DNA of 64,000 bases from Dehalococcoidia bacterium (GCA_965197645.1 OZ240219.1:2496001-2560000); one strand, 5' to 3'; counted from the stretch's first letter, positions 49,069 to 59,691 are shown. Numbers and translations: made by a program. The notes: generated by a model from the sequence alone, not told the origin.

Positions 49069-49683
49069 GTGAACGAGTTGGCGCTGAGATCGAAACTCCG
49101 GTCCGTTAGACGGCTGATTCCCCTGGCAATCGCGCTGCTGTTGGCGGCGCTTCTGGCAGTCCCCGCAAGCAACATGGCCCTGGCCCAAGCCCCGCCCGGT
49201 AACGAGCTGACCCTGGTCAACGCCGACCGGGAGTTCGTGGAGCGAAAGGGCGGCGGCGAGTTCGTCGCCCGGCCCGTCTTCGACCGCGAGATCGCCGACC
49301 TCTTCTACGCCGTCCGGGACGCCGACACCGGCGACTGGATAAGCGCCATGTACCGGGTCAATGGCGGCGAGAAGGAGCGAAGCGACGGCTGGGAGTACTC
49401 GTGGGAGTACCCCGACCTCGACGAGCAGCCCGACCTCGACCGCGACCGGGCGTACCTGCTGGTCATTCTGGCCGTCGCCGAGGACGGCAAGCGGGGCGAG
49501 TTCTACGCCGTCGTCCCCATCCACCAGCCGGGCCGCATCTGGGACAAGATCCTCTCCGCCCTCAACCCGGCGCGCTGGGCGCGGGCCTTCGCCGGCTGGG
49601 TGATCGAGGGAGTCCACGGGACCCTCTGCGGAGTGGTGGAGCGGGCGTCCGGCGAGGACGCCGACAACTGCGGGGGCGGGTAG
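49069..49683 (+). CDS. Secreted/membrane hypothetical protein, first gene of the transfer operon
   Basis: Signal peptide (ALA-QA); GC3-rich coding pattern; GTG start. Confidence 0.7.
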   Translation: MNELALRSKLRSVRRLIPLAIALLLAALLAVPASNMALAQAPPGNELTLVNADREFVERKGGGEFVARPVFDREIADLFYAVRDADTGDWISAMYRVNGGEKERSDGWEYSWEYPDLDEQPDLDRDRAYLLVILAVAEDGKRGEFYAVVPIHQPGRIWDKILSALNPARWARAFAGWVIEGVHGTLCGVVERASGEDADNCGGG

Positions 49684-49686
49684 CCG

Positions 49687-50664
49687 ATGAGCGACATCCT
49701 CACCGGCACCCCTGCGGACCTCACCTACGCCCACGAGCTGGTGCGCCAGGCGTGGATGGTCGTCTGGGCCATAACAACCGGCGCCCTGGTGGTCATCCTC
49801 GGCTGGATGGGCCTGAGCTTCATCGTGAGCGAGCACCTGGGCCGCCAGCAGACGGGCTGGCGGGAGATGGTGCCCCGCCTCGTGCTCGGCCTCGTGGCCG
49901 CCGCATCGTCCCTGTGGTGGTGCGCCCTGGTCCTCGACGTGGCCGACGCCGTGTCAGGGTTCATAGCCGTCTCCCTGAACGTCACCCCCGGAGACCTGCT
50001 CAGGGCTCCCCTGGACACCTTCCTGAAAGCCGTCCAGGCCGGGAGCGTGGGCATGGCCCAGCTGCTCGCCCTGCTCTACCTGGTCTACGGCTTCTTCGTG
50101 CTCTACGTCATCGTCCAAATGGTGCTGCGCCTGGCCCTCATCGACATCCTGCTCGCCCTGGCCCCGATTGCGCTTGGGCTGTGGATTCTGCCCCACACGG
50201 CGGGCTGGGGCCGCCACTGGCTCAGGCTCTTCATGACGACGGTGTTCCAGCAGGCGGTGCAGCTCATCGCCCTGGCCCTGGGAATCGGGTTCCTCAACGA
50301 GTTCGCGTCGGTAGCCGCCTTCGAGCCGGTGCAGGACCTTATCTGGAAGCTGCTGATGTCTCTGGCCTTCGTCTACATGGCGACCCGGGTGCCCTCAATG
50401 ATGGGCAACGCCGGGACCTTCGACTCCTGGCTCTCGATGCTCTACTTCGGCATGAACCTGCCCGCTTCGATGATGCGCTCGGCGAAGACCATCGGCCTGA
50501 TGAGCGGGGCCGCGGGAGGGCCTGGAGGCATGGCCGTCGGAGCGATTGCGGCCAGCGCGGGGGTGTCGGCGGCAGCCAGCGGCCTCAGCTCGGCCGCTTC
50601 GATGGCGACCCCATCGGCAGGCGGAGACGGCGGCGGCGAAGCGCCCAGGAGCAGCGGCGAGTAA
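49687..50664 (+). CDS. VirB6/TrbL-like T4SS membrane protein
   Basis: Multiple TM helices, LL.ALAPIAL.LW.LP.T..W...W motif, Gly/Ala-rich tail. Confidence 0.75.
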   Translation: MSDILTGTPADLTYAHELVRQAWMVVWAITTGALVVILGWMGLSFIVSEHLGRQQTGWREMVPRLVLGLVAAASSLWWCALVLDVADAVSGFIAVSLNVTPGDLLRAPLDTFLKAVQAGSVGMAQLLALLYLVYGFFVLYVIVQMVLRLALIDILLALAPIALGLWILPHTAGWGRHWLRLFMTTVFQQAVQLIALALGIGFLNEFASVAAFEPVQDLIWKLLMSLAFVYMATRVPSMMGNAGTFDSWLSMLYFGMNLPASMMRSAKTIGLMSGAAGGPGGMAVGAIAASAGVSAAASGLSSAASMATPSAGGDGGGEAPRSSGE

Positions 50665-50802
50665 CCACGACAACCCACAGGCGCGAACGACAGAGCGCCG
50701 ACCAATACCACGACGGAGGGAAAGCGATGTGCAGCTAACGGAGCTTACGGACCCTGACAGATAGAGACGAGCGGAAGGCTCGAAACGAGAGAGGAGCAAG
50801 GA

Positions 50803-51111
50803 ATGGAAGACCTTACACAGACCATATCGAACCTGGTGGGCATCCTGCTGGGGATCGTGGGAGCGGTGGGCGTCGGCTTCTTCATCTACGGCGCGTACCT
50901 GTACCTGACGGCATCGGGAGCGCCCCATCAGATGGAGCGCGGCAAGAGCGCAATGATGACCGCCCTGGCGGGCATCGTCCTGGCCCTGGTCGCCTACGGC
51001 GTCGTGGAGCTGGTGATGAACGCCGTCGTGGACCCGGGAATCGACATCGACGACGCCCTACCCGAGCCGGAAGCGCCGGACGCCGGCGACGGCGGCGGCG
51101 ACAGCGGATAG
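50803..51111 (+). CDS. VirB2/TrbC-like pilin
   Basis: Two TM helices with YLTASG.P.QMERGK.A between them. Confidence 0.75.
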   Translation: MEDLTQTISNLVGILLGIVGAVGVGFFIYGAYLYLTASGAPHQMERGKSAMMTALAGIVLALVAYGVVELVMNAVVDPGIDIDDALPEPEAPDAGDGGGDSG

Positions 51112-51134
51112 ACGGACGCGAGGAGGAGAGACAC

Positions 51135-52850
51135 ATGAGAGAACACGAGGTACCAACTCACGTTCAGGCCGAGGACCGGGTGCTGCTGGGGTTCACCTTC
51201 CCGCAGGTCGTTGCGGTGGTGGCGGTGTGCGCCATCTCTTACGGCGCATACCGCTACGCCCCCGTCGGCCCGTCCGAGGTGCGCATGGCCCTGGCCGTCG
51301 TCCTCGGACTGGTCGGCGTGGCGATGGTGGTGGGGAAGATAGGGGGTCGGCGGCTGCCGTTGGTGGCCGCCGACCTTCTGAAGTACCGGCTGGGGGCGCG
51401 GGTCTACGCCGGGCCGGTGTCCCAGCTGGTGAGAGCCGAGCCGCCCGCGCCGGCGCAGCCGGTCAGGAGCGGCCCCGGCCCGCTGAGCCTGATGGCGAAA
51501 CGCGCCGGGCGCGGGTTGGGAAGGCTGCGCAAGAACAGGAAGACCCGCAAGAACAAAGAACGCCGCAACGGGCGGATGCGCTGGTTCGGCAAGCGCAGGG
51601 GGAAGGATGCCGGGAACAGGAGCGGCCAAGGGCATAAAGCCGAGACCTTGCAGAGCAGACGCAGGAAGCCCCGCATGGGCTGGATTCCGGTGGTGACCCT
51701 GGCCGTCCTCATGGCGGCTGTCGTGGCCGTTCCGCAGTCGGCCCTGGCCGACGACCACGAGCCCTGGCGGGACGAGATCGACTTCGATCTGACCGAGCCG
51801 GTGGAGGGACGCCGGATATTCGTCGAGGGGCTCACCGTCTCCGGCGACCGGGCCGCCGTCACCCTTCGGGCCGCCACCGCCCTGGACATCCGGGTCCGGG
51901 CATTCGGCGGGCCGGAGGGAAGCTGGCTGCGCTTCTGGGGCTCGGCAACGCTGGCCCAGGGGGAGCGCATCGACTACTCCCTTCCCCTCCACGGTCCCGC
52001 GCCGTCATTCACCGTGTCCTGGGAGGACACCCTGGGACAGGCCGGGGCGCTGACCTTCGAGGAAGCACAGCTTCCCTTCCCCCTGCCGGTCATGGAGGGG
52101 GAGTTGTGCGACCTGCGTATGACCTCCCTGGGCTGGACGCCCGGCGCGGTCAGCGGCGTGGTCGAATCGGAGTGCGTGACGCGCATCGAGCACCCGGTGG
52201 AGCTTCAGACGGTGGCCGGATACGAGAGCGTCACCCAGACGGCGCTCATGGACGCCCAGGTGACGGCCATCACAGGGACGGTCTCCGCCGCGACCGGCGC
52301 GTCCCATGAGAGCGTCCCCTTCGTCCCCGACGGAGAGACGCGGTTCACGCTGCCGGTGGGAGATGGGGCAGGCATTCACAACGTGACCGTGGACGCGAGC
52401 CTTGAGGCGAGCCTCCGCATCCCCATCCCCCCGCTGACCGTGCTCACCCACCACCCGGAGCGGACGGAGCAGGTCACCAGGACCGTGCACCTCCATCGCC
52501 CGGGGGACAGCGACTCCGACAGCCAGACGGCGACGGCCGCCTGCGAGGACGGCGCCACGGCGACCGCCACCGCGACGGCCTACGCCTACGTCCCCAGCGC
52601 CACCATCGCCAGGCAGGTGACGGTGGAGGTCCTGCACAAGGAGCACGTCAAGGCCGAGACGGTGGAGCGGTCGCCCGTCACGAGGACGAGGAGCGAAACG
52701 CTGTCTCTGGCGTCCGCCGTGGGATCGGACGACCCCTTCGCCGTCCTGGTCCTGCCCGAACCTGAGCCCGAGGACCCGCCCGCCGAGCAGGAGCCCGCCG
52801 ATGGGCTGCGCCAGTGGTTCGACCGGCTCGGATGGGAGTGGCCCTGGTGA
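51135..52850 (+). CDS. PrgI/VirB3-like N-terminus fused to a large extracellular domain
   Basis: HEVPTHV..EDRVL.G.T..Q plus two TM helices; basic linker; second signal-like helix; beta-rich C-terminal region. Confidence 0.65.
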   Translation: MREHEVPTHVQAEDRVLLGFTFPQVVAVVAVCAISYGAYRYAPVGPSEVRMALAVVLGLVGVAMVVGKIGGRRLPLVAADLLKYRLGARVYAGPVSQLVRAEPPAPAQPVRSGPGPLSLMAKRAGRGLGRLRKNRKTRKNKERRNGRMRWFGKRRGKDAGNRSGQGHKAETLQSRRRKPRMGWIPVVTLAVLMAAVVAVPQSALADDHEPWRDEIDFDLTEPVEGRRIFVEGLTVSGDRAAVTLRAATALDIRVRAFGGPEGSWLRFWGSATLAQGERIDYSLPLHGPAPSFTVSWEDTLGQAGALTFEEAQLPFPLPVMEGELCDLRMTSLGWTPGAVSGVVESECVTRIEHPVELQTVAGYESVTQTALMDAQVTAITGTVSAATGASHESVPFVPDGETRFTLPVGDGAGIHNVTVDASLEASLRIPIPPLTVLTHHPERTEQVTRTVHLHRPGDSDSDSQTATAACEDGATATATATAYAYVPSATIARQVTVEVLHKEHVKAETVERSPVTRTRSETLSLASAVGSDDPFAVLVLPEPEPEDPPAEQEPADGLRQWFDRLGWEWPW

Positions 52851-53167
52851 GACGCGCCGCGACCCTGCTGCTGCTGACCGGCGCGGCCCTCGTGTTCACG
52901 GGGGCTGCGCCGGAGGAGCACGACACGATGCTGGAGCAGTTCGACCGCGTGCTCACGGCGATGGCCTACGCGGGCTCCGGCCTCGCTGTCTTCGCCATCG
53001 TCTGGGCCGGTTTCATCCTGATGGCCGAGGGAGGCGAGGAGCGCGGCGGGGGCAGGGCCAAGACCGCCGTCGTCATGGCGGTGGTCGGCCTCGTCCTGGT
53101 GCTGTCGGCCAAAGGCGTCGCCGCCCTGCTGAGCCACGGCGTCATCCCATCCTTCCCAACCCCATAG
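52847..53167 (+). CDS. Second VirB2/TrbC-like pilin
   Basis: Two TM helices with G..LM.EGG.E...RAK.A..A.VG between them; GTG overlaps the upstream TGA. Confidence 0.65.
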   Translation: MRRAATLLLLTGAALVFTGAAPEEHDTMLEQFDRVLTAMAYAGSGLAVFAIVWAGFILMAEGGEERGGGRAKTAVVMAVVGLVLVLSAKGVAALLSHGVIPSFPTP

Positions 53168-53187
53168 AGAAAAGGAAACAAACCGAA

Positions 53188-55466
53188 TTGAAGAAGCTGC
53201 TTGAACGAATTACGAGGCGCGGAGCGGGAAGTACCCCGGACGGGGCCGTCGCTCCGCAGGAAATACCGGAGGGCGGACTCACCACGGAGCCAGCACCCGG
53301 TGGAACGACGGAGGCCCCTCCCAAACTCCCGCCCGAGCTGCCCCTGTTCTTCATGCTGTCCCACCTGGACGACGACGGTCCCGTCCGCCTGGACGGGGTG
53401 AAGCTGGGCGTCTGCGAGGTGATGGGCCTGGAGATCGACGAGCCGAAGCTCGGCGCATTCGCCGGGGCGCTCAACGCCCTGGACTTCCCCGCCCAACTGC
53501 TCATAAGGCAGCACCCGCCACGTCTGGCAGGGATGCGGGAGAAGCTGAAGGAGGCGCATCCGGAGAACCTTCCCCCGCAGACGAGGGCCGCCGCCGAGTC
53601 GCTTGGGCGCCTGTTGACGGACCTTGAGGCCCGCGACGGCATCCTCGACCGGCGCTTCTACGCCGTCTGTGAGGCGGCCCGCATCGACGACCTGCGCGGC
53701 CTGCTTTCACGGGCCGGGCTGTCCGTCCACGCCCTGAAGGGCCGCCAGCTTCGCATGTTCCTGGTGGCGGCAACACTCAGCGGCTCGCCCTCCGAGTTCG
53801 ACGAGGAGAGTCCCGTCGAGGTGGAGATAGGCCGCCGCGACGTGCGCGTCGGAGACCGCCTCGTGCGCTCCCTGCACCTGGGCAAGTGGCCCCGGTCGCT
53901 GGCCCCCGGCTTCCTGCAAGGACTCATGGCGGCGGGAGCTCCGATGGACCTGGCCGTCCACGTCGGCCCGATACCGGCGGAGCAGGCGGCCAGGACGCTT
54001 GAGTGGCAGAAGGTGCGCTTCGAGTCGGCCCAGTCTCTCTCCTTCAAGCGCGGCCGCACCATGTCCCCCGAGGCGGAGATCGCCCTGGAGGACATCACCC
54101 GGCTCAGGGACGAGGTGCAGCGCGGCAGGGAGAGGCTGTTTCATGCGTCCCTGTCCGTGACCCTTCACGCGAAGGACGAGGCGGCGCTCAAGGAGATGAC
54201 GCAGCGGGCCAAGGCCCACTTCGGCGCCACACTCGGCAAGCTCGACAACCTGGCCTTCCGCCAGCGCGAGGGCTGCTTTCGACCCTGCCCCTGGCCCTGA
54301 ACGCCGTGGCCGAGTGGCGCAGCCTGGACACCTCCAGCATCGCCCGGCTCTTTCCCTTCTCACCGCCCGACCTGGACACCCGCTCCGGCACCCTCTACGG
54401 CATCGACATGCGGGCCTGCTCCCCGGTGGTCTACGACCCCTGGGACGGAACGCACCTCAACGCCAACACAGCCGTCCTCGCACGGTCGGGAAGCGGCAAG
54501 AGCTTCGCCACCAAGCTCGGCGTTCTCAGGGGCTTGTGCCGGGGAGTGACCGCCTACGTCATCGACCCGGAGGGCGAGTATGCGGACATGGCCCGCGCAG
54601 CGGGAGGGCGCGTTCTCTCCCCCGGCGTGCCCGGCGAGGGCATGAACCCCTTTGTCATCGAGCGGGGCGACTCCGAAGAGATGCTCCAGCGCATCGGCAG
54701 CCTGCGCAGGCTCATCGAGGTGATGGTGGGCGAGAGCCTCGGCGCGGAGCGCCGGGCATCCCTCGACCACGCCCTTGCCGGCTACTACTCCCAGCCCCGC
54801 GAGCGCACCGGCTTCCGGGACTTCTACAAATACCTTCAGGAAGACGAATCTGGAGACCCCGGTCTCGCAAGGCTGCTACGTCCCTTCGCCACCGGCAGCC
54901 TGAGACACCTGCTCTCCGACGAGGGCGACGACCTGCTGGGCAGCGAGGCGCTGGTGACGGTCTTCGACCTGCGGTTGCTCGAACCGGAGCTCCGGCCCGC
55001 CGCCGCGATGGTCTGCACCGAGACGGTGTGGGCGGCGGCCGCCCAGGACCCCAAGCCGAGGCTGCTGGTCGTCGACGAGGTGTGGTCGATCATGCAGCAC
55101 CCCGAAGGAGCGGCCTTCATGGTCAGCATGGCGAAGCGGGCAAGGAAGCACCGCTTGGGACTCCAGTTCATAACCCAGGACGTGCAGGACCTCCTCTCCG
55201 AGGACACGTCGAGGACCATTACCGGCCACTCCGGTCGCGCCCTGCTTCAGAACGCCGCCTTCAAGCTCCTGCTCCAGCAGGACGCGGCGGCCATCAGCAC
55301 GGTCGGCGACGCCTTCGACCTGCCCGAAGACCTCCAACGCTGGCTCCTGTCCTGTCCCCGTGGAGACGGGTTGCTTCTCGCCAGGGGCAACCGCTTCCCC
55401 GTGCGCATCGAGGCGACGCCGGAGGAGACGGCGGTCATCGAGTGGCGGCCGGGCCAGCACAGGTAG
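53188..55466 (+). pseudogene. VirB4-like ATPase split by a 1-nt frameshift at about 54270
   Basis: Frame 1 reads ...AFRQREG and stops at 54300; the other frame continues LLSTLP... with Walker A ARSGSGKS, IDPEGEY and Walker B LVVDEVW; adding one G to GAGGGCTG restores FRQREGLLSTLP. Confidence 0.85.
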
Positions 55467-55519
55467 GCAACGAAACGACGGACACATAGAGAGAGGCCCA
55501 TAGAGGAAGGAGTAGAGCA

Positions 55520-58042
55520 TTGAAGCTGAACCCGAAGAACCTGTTGTTTGGAGAAGATGGCGAGAAGAAAGGTCCCGTCCTGCTGGCGGTGACGCCGCCC
55601 CGCGCCGGGGAGCGCACCCTGCTGGGCGTGGAGAACATGCTCGGCTCCATCGCGGTGCCGGAGCCCTTCTCCCTGGAGCTGGCCGCCGACATGGACGGCG
55701 TGACCCTCTTGGCCCGCTGCCTCGACGACGAGGTGGTGAGAGGCCAGCTCTCCGCCCACTACCCCCAGGCCCGAATACAGAAGGTTGACCCGGACGACGA
55801 CCCCCTGCGCCTGGACGAGAGTGAGCGGGCGTGGAGCATGACCCTGCGGGCCGACGGCCCCGAGTACGTCCCCCTCAGAACATTCAGGGACGACGACCTG
55901 CTCGACCCCGGCTCCGACCCCCTCATCGCCCTGATGGGAGCGCTCTCGGCCCTGGAGGACGACGAGCGCGTGGTGGCGCGGCTGCTTCTGCGCTCCCTGG
56001 GACCCGACTGGTCCCAGCCTCATCTCGAAAAGGCCCACAAGAGGCCCGGCATGGAGCCGAGGGAACCCGCCTACACCTACCAGACCAAGCCGTTGCAGAT
56101 GGACGGCATCACGATGGCCGTGCTGGGCATCGGGGCGCTGGCGGCCCTGAAGGGCTACCTGTGGGTGCAGGACGGCGAGATATGGAAGGCCGCGCTCCTG
56201 GGAACCGGAACCGTACTGGGCCTGGCGGTCGGCGGCTGGGCGTTGTGGCGGTGGAAGAAGTCCCGCAAGCGCGTCGAGGACCCCATCCTGATACAGGAGA
56301 AGGTCTCCCGCATCGCCTTCGACGCCGAGCTACAGGTCACGGCGATCCTGCCGGAGACGACCCGGCCCCAGCGGGCCGCCGAGCTTCTCGGTCCGGTTGC
56401 CGCCGCCTACCGCCACTTCGACAACCCTGCCGGGGCGCGGTTCAAGGTCGGCGGGGTCCGGCCCATAACGCCGGACCCCGACATGCTCCATCCGTCAGGC
56501 CCCGGCCTGTTCGGAAGGCGCAGCGTCATGGGCGTCCGCGAGATCGCCTGCCTGTGGCACCCGCCCGGCGCGGGCGACGAGACGCCCCTGGTGGAGCGGT
56601 CCGGGGCGAGGGCGCTCCTGCCCTCTGCGAAGGGCGTCAGGGGAGGCGCGCTGGTGGGAGACACCACGGCGGGCAAGCCCCGGCCCATCCGCTTCCCCGA
56701 CGACCTGCTCCGCCGGCACCACCTCTACGTAGCCCGCACACGCATGGGCAAGTCCACCCTCATGCACCACCTCGTCGCCCACAAGATGAGGGAGAAGGCC
56801 GAGGGCAGGGACCCGGACGCCATCATCGTCATAGACCCCCACACCGACCTTGTGGCCGGGCTGATGGAGCACGTCCCGGAATCCCTGATAGACCGCGTTC
56901 GTCTGATAGACCTGTCCGACGAGACCCGCTCCCCCGGCATCAACCTGCTGGACACCCGCATCTTCGCAGACCGGGACCGCACCGCCGACTCGGTGGTGCG
57001 CGTCGCCAAGGGCCTGTGGGAGCAGTGGGGGCCGAGGATGCAGTCCATCCTCGAACAGACGGTGAAGACCCTGCACGAGGCCAACGAGCAGGTGGAGGCG
57101 GAGCGGCAGTACACCATCCTCGACGGGCTGCGCCTGCTGTCCAACGACCCCTTCCGCAACTCCGTGCTGAAGAAGGTCTCCGACCCCTATCTGCTTGAGT
57201 GGTGGGCCAGGGACTTCGGAAGCTGGCATCGCCAGTACCGCGCCGAGGCCCTGGCCCCCGTCCAGACCCGCCTCTCCTACTACGCATCGTCGAAGCGGGC
57301 CAGGGCCATCCTCGGCCAGCGCCGCTCCACCATCGACCTGCGAAAGACGATCCACGACGGCGGAGTCCTGCTTGTATCGACGTCGCAGGGCGTCGTCGGC
57401 AGGGACGTGGCCGCCCTGGTGGGCGCGTCCCTCCTCAACCTCGTGGATGCCGTGATACGGGAGCAGGGAAGCCTGCCCCTGAGCAAAAGACGCGGCGCTC
57501 TCGTGGTGGTGGACGAGATGCAGTCGATGCCCGGAGTGGACTACGAGTCGATGCTGAGCGAGCTGGGCAAGTTCGGGGCCAGCTTCGTGCTCGCCACCCA
57601 GAGCCTCGCCAAGCTGGACGACCTCTCCCCCACCATGCGCGACACCCTTCTCGCCAACGTCGGCTGCCTCGCCGTCTTCCAGGTGGCGGGGAACGACGCC
57701 CGGACGCTGGTCTGGGAGCTGGGCAAGGACCGGGTGACCGAGGACGACATCACGTCGCTGCCGGTCCATCACTGCTACGTCCGCGCCACCGTGGGCAAGG
57801 AGCGGATGCCCGCCTTCTCGATGATGGTCAGAAAGCCGGAGGAGGGTGAAGCCGACACCGCCGCCCGCATCCGCGCAGCGGCTGCCGCATACACCGTCCC
57901 GGCCCCGCAGATCGCCTACGGCGACGCCGAGGGCGACCTGAAGGTGGAGGAGTTCCGCAGGGGCGTCGACGAGCTTGGGAAGGACGGCGGACAACAGCAG
58001 CAGAAGCCGGAAGCCGGGGAAGCAGAGGAGGCTGAGGAATGA
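55520..58042 (+). CDS. VirD4/TraD-like type IV coupling protein
   Basis: Two TM helices, Walker A-like ARTRMGKST, IDPH.DL, VVDEMQ and LATQSL motifs. Confidence 0.85.
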   Translation: MKLNPKNLLFGEDGEKKGPVLLAVTPPRAGERTLLGVENMLGSIAVPEPFSLELAADMDGVTLLARCLDDEVVRGQLSAHYPQARIQKVDPDDDPLRLDESERAWSMTLRADGPEYVPLRTFRDDDLLDPGSDPLIALMGALSALEDDERVVARLLLRSLGPDWSQPHLEKAHKRPGMEPREPAYTYQTKPLQMDGITMAVLGIGALAALKGYLWVQDGEIWKAALLGTGTVLGLAVGGWALWRWKKSRKRVEDPILIQEKVSRIAFDAELQVTAILPETTRPQRAAELLGPVAAAYRHFDNPAGARFKVGGVRPITPDPDMLHPSGPGLFGRRSVMGVREIACLWHPPGAGDETPLVERSGARALLPSAKGVRGGALVGDTTAGKPRPIRFPDDLLRRHHLYVARTRMGKSTLMHHLVAHKMREKAEGRDPDAIIVIDPHTDLVAGLMEHVPESLIDRVRLIDLSDETRSPGINLLDTRIFADRDRTADSVVRVAKGLWEQWGPRMQSILEQTVKTLHEANEQVEAERQYTILDGLRLLSNDPFRNSVLKKVSDPYLLEWWARDFGSWHRQYRAEALAPVQTRLSYYASSKRARAILGQRRSTIDLRKTIHDGGVLLVSTSQGVVGRDVAALVGASLLNLVDAVIREQGSLPLSKRRGALVVVDEMQSMPGVDYESMLSELGKFGASFVLATQSLAKLDDLSPTMRDTLLANVGCLAVFQVAGNDARTLVWELGKDRVTEDDITSLPVHHCYVRATVGKERMPAFSMMVRKPEEGEADTAARIRAAAAAYTVPAPQIAYGDAEGDLKVEEFRRGVDELGKDGGQQQQKPEAGEAEEAEE

Positions 58043-59691
58043 AGCCCGAAGGATGTGAGGCCGACCTGCTCCGCGCGCTGTCGCGGATGCCCTTCCTCGA
58101 CCGGCTGGAGATGGTCGCCGTCTGCGGCTGGTCCAGGGGCGCGGTCTACGAGGCCATAGAGAGGCTGGAGTCCGGGGGGCTCTGCGCCTCCGTGCCCCAC
58201 GCCACGGGGCTGCTTCCCCCTTCCCGGAGGTTCCACCTCACCGCCGAGGGGCTGAGGCGGCTCGCCGCAGAGGAGGAGGTCTCCCTCGATGAACTGCTTC
58301 GCAGCCGCCCCGTCTCCGCCCAGTGGCGGCGCAGCCTGATGGAGCGCCTCGACGCCGTGGCATCCGTCTACGGCGTAGCCTCCAACGTCTCCGACATCGC
58401 GTTCCCCGTCCGGTTCCGCTGGTACCGCTCCATCCCCCTCGACGCCGCCATGACCCTTCCCGACGGGAGGACCGTCGGCATCGTCCGGCAGGGACTGACC
58501 GCCGACAGGTCGGGCTTCTCCCGGCGTCTCTGGGGGCTGCGCGACTGGCCGATTCCCGGAACGGTGCTGGCGCTCATGGCCGACGAGATGCGGCTCAGGC
58601 ACGCCCGAAGGCTCCTCTCCACCACCGACGTTCCGGCCCTGCTCGCCGTGGAACGCCTTGCGGTCCTGACGGGGGCGGGCGACCGGATATGGAGTCCGCC
58701 GAAGATCGGCGCCGAGATCGACCTGCGCTACGCCCTCGACCGGGTGGGGCCAGGGGGACAACTTCCAATAGAGCCGGAACCGCAGCGCGCCGACCCGCCC
58801 GCCGACTTCGCCGTCGAGGGTCCGGGATGGGACATCCCCGACCACATGCTGCCGGTCCTTCTCAAGCCCATAGAGAAGCGCGCCCTCGACCTCATCTCCG
58901 ACTGGCCCTGGATCGCCCTCAAGGAGATGGCCGGGCTGATGAACGTCTCGACCCAGAGGGTCTCCCACGGCGTCATCCCCCTCGAAGGCTTCGGCCTCGC
59001 GGCCCGGCCCCGGGAGGCGGGCGGACGCCTCGCCCTCACCGACCGGGGGCTGGCGCTCCTGGCCCGCAGGGACAGGACTTCCGTGGCCGTAGCGAGGAAG
59101 CGGTGGAGCGTCACCCTGGAGGATGCCGAAGGCCCCTTCGAGTGGCGCAACGTCACCGGCAGGCGGACCCGCCAGCTGCTCAGGAACATGGAGCACACCG
59201 CGGCCGCACACGGCTTCCTGGCCGCGCTCGCCGAGCAGGCCCCCCTGCTGGGGTGGGAGGTCGTCCAGCTCGACCCGCCCCGCAGGGCCTCCCGCCACTT
59301 CCGGCACGACGGCGGCATGCGCGCCGTCAACCCCGACGCCTTCGGCGTCCTCCGCAAGGACGATGCGACCTGGCCCTTCTTCCTGGAGTGGGAGCGACGC
59401 GCCGTGCGCCCCTCCACCATGTCCGACCGGCTGGCCCCCTATCTGCGCTACTACTCTTCTCACAGGCCCACCGACGACCACGGCACACGGCCCGCCGTCC
59501 TGGTCGTCTTCGACGACGAGATCGCACAGACCCACTTCCTGCGCGTGGCGCGGGAGGAGATGCGGGCCGAGGGGGTGACGGTGCCCCTGTTGGTGTCCCA
59601 CAGGCAGGCCATAGACGCCCTGGGGCCGATGGGACACGCATGGCGCACCCCCGCCGACCCGCAGTCCCCCCAGGCCCTGACGCCTCAATGA
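58039..59691 (+). CDS. Replication-relaxation (Replic_Relax)-family relaxase, two-module form
   Basis: wHTH followed by H..AAH and PDAFG...FFLEWER PD-(D/E)xK-like core; follows virD4 with overlapping start. Confidence 0.75.
   Translation: MKPEGCEADLLRALSRMPFLDRLEMVAVCGWSRGAVYEAIERLESGGLCASVPHATGLLPPSRRFHLTAEGLRRLAAEEEVSLDELLRSRPVSAQWRRSLMERLDAVASVYGVASNVSDIAFPVRFRWYRSIPLDAAMTLPDGRTVGIVRQGLTADRSGFSRRLWGLRDWPIPGTVLALMADEMRLRHARRLLSTTDVPALLAVERLAVLTGAGDRIWSPPKIGAEIDLRYALDRVGPGGQLPIEPEPQRADPPADFAVEGPGWDIPDHMLPVLLKPIEKRALDLISDWPWIALKEMAGLMNVSTQRVSHGVIPLEGFGLAARPREAGGRLALTDRGLALLARRDRTSVAVARKRWSVTLEDAEGPFEWRNVTGRRTRQLLRNMEHTAAAHGFLAALAEQAPLLGWEVVQLDPPRRASRHFRHDGGMRAVNPDAFGVLRKDDATWPFFLEWERRAVRPSTMSDRLAPYLRYYSSHRPTDDHGTRPAVLVVFDDEIAQTHFLRVAREEMRAEGVTVPLLVSHRQAIDALGPMGHAWRTPADPQSPQALTPQ

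Noticed and set aside
49681-49689. Stop-codon readthrough fusing the first transfer gene to virB6 (in-frame TAG CCG ATG)
   Set aside because: An ATG with a G-rich upstream sequence follows immediately, so two coupled genes is simpler; no recoding signal seen.
50715-50740. GGAGGG-preceded micro-ORF MCS* before the pilin
   Set aside because: Three codons with no supporting structure; cannot be distinguished from chance.
56728-56760. Inactive VirD4 because of the ARTRMGKST Walker A
   Set aside because: GKST and Walker B are retained, and the upstream glycines vary among coupling proteins; insufficient evidence.
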